DNA from: an uncultured Alphaproteobacteria bacterium
GTDB taxonomy: Bacteria > Pseudomonadota > Alphaproteobacteria > Rhizobiales > Xanthobacteraceae
DNA: 64,000 bases
NCBI GenBank assembly: GCA_963840535.1
Contig: CAWIZJ010000042.1
Coordinates: 1,304-65,303, forward strand
Reading direction: 5' to 3'
Under the pieces are notes generated by a model. The model was not told the DNA's origin, ran no database searches, and worked only from the letters and a program-made list of their open reading frames with translations. Every line of letters starts with the position of its first letter. The stretch's first letter is position 1. A program made the translations under genes and the position numbers. Below, one piece after another: positions 57,290 through 64,000 of this stretch.

Positions 57290-59817
57290 ATGCCGCTGCG
57301 CAGGGAGCAAGCGCCGCTCGTCGTCGCCGCGCTGTCGCTCGCCGTGCTGCCGTTCGCGCTCGATCTCGTGGGTCTGCCGCTTCGCTCCGCGGTCGATGTG
57401 GTCGTCTTCGCCATCGCCTGCATGGGGCTGAATATTCTCGTCGGGTATACCGGGCTGGTCTCGTTCGGCCATGGCGCCTGGTTCGGGCTCGGCGCCTATG
57501 CGGCGGCGCTCAGCCAGCGGCACTGGTTCTCCGGCGATATCATTCTGCCGGCGCTGTTCTCGCTTCTCTTCGTCGCGGCGTCGGCGGCATTGACGGGCGC
57601 ACTCATTCTCCGCCGTCGCGGCGTTTATTTCTCCCTGCTCACGCTGGCGCTCACCGCGTTGTTGTTCGCCATCGGCTTTCGCTGGACCGAGCTCACCGGT
57701 GGCGAGAGCGGCCTCGGCGGCGTCACGCGCTCCCGCGTGCTCGGCGTCGATCTCGAATACGACCCGGCCTATTACGGCGTGGTCGCGGCAATCGGGCTGC
57801 GCCGTCTGTTACCTGCTCTGGCGCTTTCACCGCTCGCCGGTGGGTAGCGTGCTGGTGGCGATCCGGGAGAACGAGCAGCGCGCCCGCTTCGTGGGCTATC
57901 CGACGAATCGGTACAAGCTCGTCGGATTTGTCCTGTCCGCGGCGGTGGTGGGGCTGGCGGGAACATTGTCGGTCTTCAATCACCGTTTCGCCTCGGCCGA
58001 ACCCCTGGCGGTCGCCTTCTCGGGCGAGCTCATCGCCATGGTGGTCATCGGCGGAATGCGAAGCTTCCTGGGGCCGGCGCTCGGCGCCTTGTTCTTCATC
58101 CTGTTCCGCGAGTTTCTGTCGATCTGGACGCTGCATTGGCTGTTCTATTTCGGCCTGCTGTTCGTCGGCTTCATCGTGCTCTCGCCGTCGGGCCTGGTCG
58201 GCGTGGCCGAGCGGCTGATCGCCCCGTTCCGCAGGCGTGTCGCGCTCGCGCCGGCAATGGCGGGCCGCACGCTGGTCGAGAATGCGACGCTGCCGCAGTC
58301 GTTGCGCCGTCAGGCCCAGGCAGAAGCGTCGGTGCTGGTGGTGCGCAACCTCGACAAGCGTTTCGGGGGCATTCATGCGGTCGACGACGTGTCCTTCACC
58401 GTACGCGATCGGACATTGCACGCGCTGATCGGGCCCAATGGTGCCGGCAAGACCACGGCATTCAATCTCCTGTCCGGCCTCTATCCGCCCGATGGCGGCA
58501 CGATCGAGCTTGCGGGCCGCTCGATCGCGGGCCGGCGTCCGGAGGACATCACCGCCGACGGCGTCGGCCGTTCGTTCCAGATCACCAATCTGTTCTCGTC
58601 GCTGTCGGTGCAGGAGAACCTGCGCCTGGCGGTGCAGGCGCGCCATCCCGGCCGCTTTGCGATCTGGCGGGGGGCGCATTCGCTGGCGGGCGTCACCGCT
58701 GAAACGACGGAGTTGATCGGCTTTCCTCGGACTGGCAGGCATCGAGCATGCCGAGGCGTCGTCGCTGTCCTATGGCGGTCAGCGCCTGCTCGACATGGGG
58801 CTGGCGCTGGCGACGCGCCCGCGCATCCTGCTGCTCGACGAGCCGCTGGCGGGCCTCGCCGTGGCCGAGCGTCAACGTATCGCCGCGCTGGTGAAGACCA
58901 TGTCAGCCGAGGTTCCCGTCCTGTTCGTGGAGCACGACATCGACCGTGTGTTCCAGATTGCGGACCACGTCACGGTCATGAACGAGGGACGGATCCTCGT
59001 GGACGGGACAGTCGAGGTGGCGCGCAACGACGCCAAGGTGCGCGAGGTCTATATCGGCTCCGGCGCGGCGACGGTCGCGGCCAGGCCGCGGGCCTCGGCA
59101 GCCGGGTCTCGTCAGCTTCTCGCGGTCGACGGCATCGACACCTTCTATGGCAAGAGCCACATCCTCAACGCCGTCTCCTTCGACGTCCGCGAGCACGAGA
59201 TCGTCGCCCTGCTCGGTCGCAACGGCGCCGGGAAATCGACGCTGCTCAAGAGCCTCATCGGCATTGCACGGCCGGAAGCCGGATCGATCAAGCTCATGGG
59301 CGAGGATACCGTCAGCCTCCCTTCAGCCGAGATCGCCCGGCGCGGCATCGGCTACGTGCCGCAAGGGCGCGGACTGTTCACCGGCATGACGGTGGCCGAC
59401 AATCTGGCGCTCGGCCGGCTGAAGCGGATCACCGGCGCCGGCATTCATTGGGACGATGAGCGCATCGTCGCGTTCTTTCCACGCCTCGCCGAACGATGGC
59501 GCATGCCCGCGGACTATCTGTCGGGCGGCGAGCAGCAGATGGTGGCGGTCGCGCGCGCGCTGGCCGGCGATGTCCGCGTGCTCCTGCTCGATGAGCCGTT
59601 CGAGGGGCTTTCGCCGGTCGTCACCGAGGAGCTGTTCGAGGCGTTCGACCGCCTGCGGCACGAGATCGCAATGATCATCGTCGACCATCACCTCGAGCTC
59701 GCCCTGGCATTGTCCGACCGCACCGTGGTGCTGGAGCGCGGCTCCGTCACCTGGACCGGCGCATCGGTCCTGCTGAAACATGACCTCGATTTGAGAAGGA
59801 AGGTGCTGTGGCTGTGA
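57290..59817 (+). pseudogene. fused LIV-type ABC component: LivM-like permease plus LivG-like ATPase plus LivF-like ATPase in one frame series; two +1 frameshifts as sequenced (~57800, ~58718)
   Basis: MPLRREQAPLVVAALSLAVLPF...YYGVVAAIG | AVCYLLWRFHRSPVGSVLVAIRENEQRARFVGY...LVVRNLDKRFGGIHAVDDVSF...GPNGAGKTT...ELIGF | LGLAGIEHAEASSLSYGGQRLLDMGLAL...LLLDEPLAGL...VREVYIGSGAATVAARPRASAAGSRQLLAVDGIDTFYGKSHIL...GRNGAGKST...LSGGEQQMVAVARAL...LLLDEPFEGL. No stop occurs in any frame across the G-F linker. Confidence 0.7.
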
Positions 59818-60744
59818 ATCGGCGGGTTGCCATCATCGGGTCGGGACTGGTCGGACGCTCATGGGCTGTCGTCTTCGCGGGCGGCGGTTTTGACGGTGGC
59901 GCTTTACGATGCGGCCGCGGGTGTCGCCGAGCGGGCGCGCGACCTGGTGTCCGAGGGACTGGAGGAGCTGTCCGCGCACGGCCTGGTGAGGGACGCCGGG
60001 GCCGCCGCGGCGCGGGTGCGCGTGGCGACGAGCCTGGCGGATGCCCTCGACGGTGCCGGCTTCGTGCAGGAGAGCTCGCCGGAGACGCTGGAGGCCAAGC
60101 GCGCCGTCTTCGCCGAGCTCGACCGGCTGGCGGCGCCCGACGCCATTCTCGCGTCGTCGACCTCCACCATCGTGGCCAGCCGGTTCACGGAGCAGCTGAA
60201 GGGCCGCCACCGCTGCCTGGTCGCCCATCCGGTGAACCCGCCCCACCTGGTGCCGCTGGTGGAGCTCGCAGGCGCGCCGTGGACAGCCGCGGAGACGATC
60301 GCGCGGGCGAAGACGACCTACGAGTTCGTCGGACAGGTGCCGATCGTGGTGCGGCGCGAGATCGACGGCTTCATTCTCAATCGCCTGCAGGCGGTGCTGC
60401 TGTCGGAGGCATTCCGCCTCGCCGGCGAGGGATATGTGACGCCGGAGGATCTCGACAAGACACTCAAGGATGGACTGGGCCTGCGCTGGTCGTTCATGGG
60501 TCCGTTCGAGACCATCGAGCTCAACGCGCCCTCCGGCATTCCGGATTATTGCCGGCGCTACGGTCCCAGCCTCGGCCGGTTGAGCGGCGCCGATCCGGCC
60601 ATCTACCAGGGCGACAATCTCGAGCGCATCCTGTCGCAATGGCAGCCGCTCGACGCCGATCGGGTTGCGGTGCGGATGCGCTGGCGCGACCGCAGGCTCG
60701 CCGCTCTCAAGGCGCACAAGCGCTCGCAGATGTCCTCGGGGTAG
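59808..60744 (+). pseudogene. 3-hydroxyacyl-CoA dehydrogenase family protein (L-carnitine/L-gulonate 3-dehydrogenase-like), one frameshift as sequenced (~59893)
   Basis: MAVNRRVAIIGSGLVGRSWAVVFAGGGFD (ORF 59808..) is followed by VALYDAAAGVAERARDLV...FVQESSPETLEAKRAVFAELD...CLVAHPVNPPHLVPLVEL...IDGFILNRLQ (ORF 59827..60744). The start overlaps the upstream stop. Confidence 0.75.
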
Positions 60745-60883
60745 ATCCGTGGTCATGCCGGCTGACTCGTGCCGGCCGATTGGATAACCTATCGTTGTCG
60801 GCTCGTGACGGCATCTGACTGCAATACGGCAGATGCGCAATGTTGATCGGTCGCGACGGCTGTAACAGCAGGGGAGGACGAAC

Positions 60884-61852
60884 ATGAAGAGTTCCGTATT
60901 GGCCATGTCCCTGGCCGCGTTTGCGATGCTGACATTCGACGAGGCGCGCGCACAGGCCGCGTTCCCGCCGCCCCCGCCCAAGGTCAGTCCTGCCGCCGGT
61001 GTGGTCGACATGCATGTCCACTCCCACCCCGACGTTTTCGGCCGCAACATGGACGACATCGACGTGGCGCGGCTCGCCCTGGCGCGCGGCATGCGCGGCA
61101 TCGTGCTCAAGAACCACATCAGCGAGACCGCGAGCCGCGCTGCGCTGGCGATGAAGGTGGTGCCGGGCATCGAGGTTTTCGGTGGCATCGTGCTGAACAA
61201 CGCGGTGGGCGGCGTCAACCCGAACGCGGTGGAATGGATGCACCGCGTCTACGGCAACCGCGGGAAGGTGGTCTGGCTGCCCACCTTCGAGTCGGACAAA
61301 CATGTCAAGACCTTCACGAAACCGGACGCCAAGGGCCTCGTGGTGGCGCCCAACGGGCGGGTGACGCCGGAGATGGAGGAGATCCTCAGGATCATCGCGC
61401 GCGAGAATCTCGTGCTCGCCACCGGTCACGTTCATCCCGAGGAGATCATCGCCGTGGTCCGACGCGGACGCGAGCTCGGGGTCAGGAACATGCTCGTCAC
61501 CCATGGCTTCACCAACGTGCCGGGTCTCACGATGGCGCAGGCCAAGGAGGTCACCGACATGGGCGCGCAGATCGAGGTCTGCTTCCTCCAGTTCCAGGCC
61601 GGGCCGAACGCGCCGCTCGCCTTCCTCACCCACTGGACGCAGATCAACGCCAAGCACGTGGCGCAGGCGATCAAGGAGCTGGGCGCAAAGAGCCTGGTGG
61701 TCTCCTCCGACCTTGGCCAGAGCGCCAACATCACGCACCCGGACGGCATCGAGGTTGCGGTCGGCGCCATGAAGCGCGAGGGCATCAGCGATGCCGATAT
61801 CGACCTGATGCTGCGCAAGGGCCCGGCCCGGCTGCTCGGTCTCGATGGTTGA
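60884..61852 (+). CDS. amidohydrolase-fold (TIM-barrel metal hydrolase-like) protein, DUF6282-like, with an N-terminal signal peptide
   Basis: MKSSVLAMSLAAFAMLTFDEARAQAA (signal)...GVVDMHVHSHPDVFGR (HxH)...LATGHVHPEE...LVTHGF...VVSSDLGQ. GGGGAGGA lies upstream. The family assignment is from memory. Confidence 0.65.
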   Translation: MKSSVLAMSLAAFAMLTFDEARAQAAFPPPPPKVSPAAGVVDMHVHSHPDVFGRNMDDIDVARLALARGMRGIVLKNHISETASRAALAMKVVPGIEVFGGIVLNNAVGGVNPNAVEWMHRVYGNRGKVVWLPTFESDKHVKTFTKPDAKGLVVAPNGRVTPEMEEILRIIARENLVLATGHVHPEEIIAVVRRGRELGVRNMLVTHGFTNVPGLTMAQAKEVTDMGAQIEVCFLQFQAGPNAPLAFLTHWTQINAKHVAQAIKELGAKSLVVSSDLGQSANITHPDGIEVAVGAMKREGISDADIDLMLRKGPARLLGLDG

Positions 61853-61952
61853 CGGGGGGCCTTCCCCGGGTCCTGGCGCGGGTCAAACTCGCCACTCGGT
61901 GGTCGACTGGCGGCCCAGCGGTCCGACCGACCCGGTTGCCAACTGGCGACGC

Positions 61953-63140
61953 TCACTGCTTTCGCCGAGCCCGGATCTCGTTGAATTCGGATAGCGCCCG
62001 TTCGAATTTTTCATCGAAGAGCCACATCGCGTCGAGGATTTCGCGGAAGGTTGCAGAGGTCTTTGCCCTGTCGGCTCGACCAAAGGTGAACATGCTGTTG
62101 TTGCGCAAATATCCCATGATCGTCGGGTCGGAAACTCTATAGCTCGCTAGGTTGCCCGAATTGAGAGCGGATCTGGTCGGACTGGGGATGATCTGGATGA
62201 GCTCGAAAAATTTCATCTGGTCGATCGGATTTGGCAATACTTTCACGATCGCCGGCAACCGCGGGAAAAGATCGGCGTGTGCGTTCATGAGGCCGTCTCT
62301 CACGGCGGTCCAGTGATTGAGACGGTGATCCAGGTTGCCGACCCGCGCCTCTTCCTTGTCGTCGCGAGCGCTCAGCGCAGGATCAAAGGCCATGATCGAT
62401 TTCTTGATTGCCGCCCATTTCTTTTGACCGTTCTGATGTTCGGATATGCCGGTTTGCAAACTTCCCTTGTACTTGTTCGAGCGTGCATTCCCGATGTTCT
62501 GATTGCCGTTCGTCTCGGCAAAGAAGAGGCCCAGGCTGATACGACCCGCCGCTTCGGCATGTGCCGCTTCGAGGCCCTTAGCTCGTCCAATGGCGATTCC
62601 CAGGTCGACGACGTCGTCGAACGGAGTATCCGAGTTTTGCGCATTGGCGGGTGGCGCCTGCATGATCTTGAAGAGGCTCACATACTCGTCGAGAAGCGGC
62701 TCGTTGTCGGCATCGAAGTACGCTGGAGGAATTCCGAATTTGTTGGGCCGTCCGATCCTGGACGGCATCGCGTCGGTGAGATCCTTGTGCGCGCTCATCA
62801 TGTTGTTGCGGGCAAGATAGAGCTCTTGTCCCGGCAGGTTCGGCAGTTGTTGGTTCGAATTGATCTGTGCGCGCCGCTGGCGCAGGATCGACCTGAAGGC
62901 ATCTACTGCATTGTTGTAAGTATTGAGCGCTTCCGACTGCGATTTCATGAGTGCGGCCGGCTGACCCTGGGCGGGGGAGACGAGGCCGAAGTTGCTGATG
63001 TCGGCCAGGACGAGCGACGTGACCGTGCTGGCAACCGTATTGATGGCGTCGGAAACCGGCGGCGCGAAGAAGAGTAGCCCGAGGGCAAGTGCTGCCGCAC
63101 GGGTGGCTGCAAGCGGTCTAGAGGTTGTTGCGCTAACCAT
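61953..63140 (-). CDS. hypothetical secreted protein, lower G+C than its surroundings (orphan)
   Basis: ORF 61953..63155(-); I prefer the ATG at 63140: MVSATTSRPLAATRAAALALGLLFFAPPVSDA (signal-like), followed by an N/Q-rich 360-aa body. A hand count of 62101-62200 gives 53% G+C, against 65% for 61501-61600. Confidence 0.6.
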   Translation of the reverse strand: MVSATTSRPLAATRAAALALGLLFFAPPVSDAINTVASTVTSLVLADISNFGLVSPAQGQPAALMKSQSEALNTYNNAVDAFRSILRQRRAQINSNQQLPNLPGQELYLARNNMMSAHKDLTDAMPSRIGRPNKFGIPPAYFDADNEPLLDEYVSLFKIMQAPPANAQNSDTPFDDVVDLGIAIGRAKGLEAAHAEAAGRISLGLFFAETNGNQNIGNARSNKYKGSLQTGISEHQNGQKKWAAIKKSIMAFDPALSARDDKEEARVGNLDHRLNHWTAVRDGLMNAHADLFPRLPAIVKVLPNPIDQMKFFELIQIIPSPTRSALNSGNLASYRVSDPTIMGYLRNNSMFTFGRADRAKTSATFREILDAMWLFDEKFERALSEFNEIRARRKQ

Positions 63141-63156
63141 GCGCGCTAACGACACG

Positions 63157-63246
63157 TGGCGGAGAGGGAGGGATTCGAACCCCCGATACGGTTACCCGTA
63201 TGCCGCATTTCGAGTGCGGTGCTTTCAACCACTCAGCCACCTCTCC
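63157..63246 (-). tRNA. tRNA-Ser(CGA): tRNA-Ser (anticodon CGA), 90 nt, long variable arm, encoded CCA
   Basis: The minus strand reads GGAGAGG TG GCTGAGTGGTTGAAAGC A CCGCA CTCGAAA TGCGG CATACGGGTAACCGTATC GGGGG TTCGAAT CCCTC CCTCTCC G CCA. I folded the cloverleaf by hand. The anticodon loop is CT-CGA-AA. Confidence 0.9.
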
Positions 63247-63262
63247 AAGTCTTTGTAGATAA

Positions 63263-63298
63263 GGGCATTTCGCGCTGATGGCGGGACGCGAAATGCCC
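63263..63298. terminator. 12-bp-stem hairpin between the integrase stop and the tRNA 5' end
   Basis: GGGCATTTCGCG (63263-63274), a 12-nt loop, then CGCGAAATGCCC (63287-63298). On the minus strand it follows the integrase stop and is followed by TTATCT. Confidence 0.4.
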
Positions 63299-63315
63299 GA
63301 TTTGCTACCGCTTTG

Positions 63316-64000
63316 CTACCCAATCTCATTGCGGCGCCTGTTTAGGGCCGCTTGTAGGGCAGCGTCAACGATCTCGGCCGCGTCCTCCTGCATGCCCTCG
63401 AGCACGTGGCTGTAAATATCGAGGGTGATGGCGATCGTCGAATGACCAAGCCTTTCCTGCACCACCTTGGGATGAACCTTGCTTTTCAGCATCGCCGTCG
63501 CGTGCGTGTGCCGCAGATCGTGCAGACGCACCCGAGGCAGCTTGTGCCCGGCCACAAACAACGCGAAGGAATGTGTCAGCGAGCGCGGTTGGAATGGGCT
63601 GCCATCGGCCTGGGCAACTACGAAGTTGTCATCGGATAGGCGGATGCCAAGCTTGAGAAGCGCCTGGGCTTGCTCGATGCGGTGGTTGCGCAACTCCTTC
63701 ACGATGGTTGCCGGTAGCGCCACAGTGCGGCCCTTGCCGCTCTTGGGGGACTTGTAGCGGACCCCGGTTCTTGTCTGCTCGGCGCTCTCTTCGACCGAGA
63801 TCTGCGCTCTATCCAGATCGACATGCCGCCAGCGCAGCGCGGCGACCTCGCCGCGCCGCATGCCGGTGGTGACGCCGAGCAAGATCGGAATGAACAGGGT
63901 TGTATCCCGCGCCGTCTCGATGAGCGCGGCCGCCCCGTCGGTGTCGAGCACCTTCATCTGCTTACGCTCGACCTTGGGGGGCTTGACGGCGTCGGCCTCG
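63316..64000 (-). CDS. tyrosine site-specific recombinase/phage-type integrase, C-terminal catalytic domain; the 5' end lies beyond the right edge
   Basis: ...GMRRGEVAALRWRHVDL (Arg I)...HDLRHTHATAML (HxxR)...LGHSTIAITLDIYSHV (His and Tyr nucleophile). The frame stays open upstream of the first Met (..EADAVKPPKVERKQ MKVLD) up to position 64000. Confidence 0.85.
   Translation of the reverse strand, partial: EADAVKPPKVERKQMKVLDTDGAAALIETARDTTLFIPILLGVTTGMRRGEVAALRWRHVDLDRAQISVEESAEQTRTGVRYKSPKSGKGRTVALPATIVKELRNHRIEQAQALLKLGIRLSDDNFVVAQADGSPFQPRSLTHSFALFVAGHKLPRVRLHDLRHTHATAMLKSKVHPKVVQERLGHSTIAITLDIYSHVLEGMQEDAAEIVDAALQAALNRRRNEIG

Noticed and set aside
5198-61218. Many 300-730-aa ORFs antisense to called genes, e.g. 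5198..7402(-), 10564..12144(+), 15187..16713(+), 21374..22585(-), 39230..40723(-), 56261..57523(-) and 59833..61218(-).
   Set aside because: All overlap genes with clear family signatures on the opposite strand. They are dominated by Arg/Gly/Asp/Pro/His runs, as expected for stop-poor antisense frames in about 65% G+C DNA. No recognisable motifs were found.
61853-61952. A direct repeat of the tRNA-Ser 3' end that would mark the far att site of a small island containing the orphan gene.
   Set aside because: Only TGGCGG (6 nt) matches the tRNA 3' end, which is too short to be meaningful.
63141-63156. A tts-box, nod-box or other effector-type promoter upstream of the lower-G+C orphan gene.
   Set aside because: Only 16 nt separate the preferred ATG from the tRNA 3' end, leaving no room for such an element. 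Any promoter would have to lie within or upstream of the tRNA.
1-64000. Programmed ribosomal frameshifting as the explanation for the frame breaks.
   Set aside because: The junctions share no slippery heptamer or downstream structure. They affect unrelated gene families and occur up to four times in one gene.
1-64000. CRISPR arrays, IS elements, rRNA genes and additional tRNAs.
   Set aside because: The only repeats seen are 2-3-unit tandem duplications (13426, 15009, 39161) and one palindromic element (42948). No transposase-like ORF and no inverted-repeat-bounded unit was found. Only one TTCGAA T-loop context folds into a cloverleaf, at 63157-63246.

Overview
A 64-kb, high-G+C segment (hand-counted 100-nt samples give about 65% G+C). 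By gene content it looks like an alphaproteobacterial chromosome region, possibly Bradyrhizobium/Nitrobacteraceae-like; that placement is inference only. I can support about 55 protein genes, one tRNA and several short repeats and hairpins. I found no rRNA, no CRISPR array and no complete IS element.

Layout from left to right:
- 1-7.2 kb: a NitT/TauT-type ABC importer, divergent from an LLM oxidoreductase followed by hydantoinase/oxoprolinase A and B.
- 7.3-12 kb: a minus-strand operon of an orphan molybdenum-hydroxylase large subunit, RidA, an HdrD/GlpC-like Fe-S protein and a VOC protein.
- 12.2-13.4 kb: an acyl-CoA-dehydrogenase-fold protein.
- 13.5-14.2 kb: a Phd/YefM-VapC toxin-antitoxin pair.
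- 14.2-43.6 kb: a large accessory catabolic cluster. It holds an isochorismatase-family hydrolase, a UbiD-family decarboxylase, two VOC proteins and two Bug/TTT binding proteins. It also holds a second orphan Mo-hydroxylase large subunit plus a complete FAD/2Fe-2S/Mo set, a cupin, an LLM, three alpha/beta hydrolases, a Zn-ADH and a Gfo/Idh/MocA oxidoreductase. The right-hand part adds an FAD monooxygenase, a 4,5-dihydroxyphthalate-decarboxylase-like protein, a LigAB-type extradiol dioxygenase, an acyl-CoA ligase plus ACAD, a TRAP transporter and a P450.
- 43.6-45.5 kb: a secreted dienelactone-hydrolase/serine-hydrolase fusion.
- 45.6-50 kb: the glycine-cleavage operon in the order gcvPA-gcvPB-gcvT-gcvH.
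- 50-52.9 kb: ligD.
- 53.1-54.8 kb: a DUF892 protein and an FAD oxidoreductase.
- 55.1-59.8 kb: a LIV-type ABC importer whose LivM, LivG and LivF parts form one fused gene.
- 59.8-61.9 kb: a 3-hydroxyacyl-CoA-dehydrogenase-family gene and a DUF6282-like protein.
- 61.9-64 kb: a lower-G+C orphan secreted protein abutting tRNA-Ser(CGA), then the 3' part of a tyrosine integrase that runs off the right edge.

The most pervasive unusual property is about 25 reading-frame breaks in 16 otherwise recognisable genes. Most behave as single-base insertions. I list these genes as pseudogenes 'as sequenced', but I suspect many are sequence-consensus errors.

No transcriptional regulator gene is recognisable anywhere in the window.
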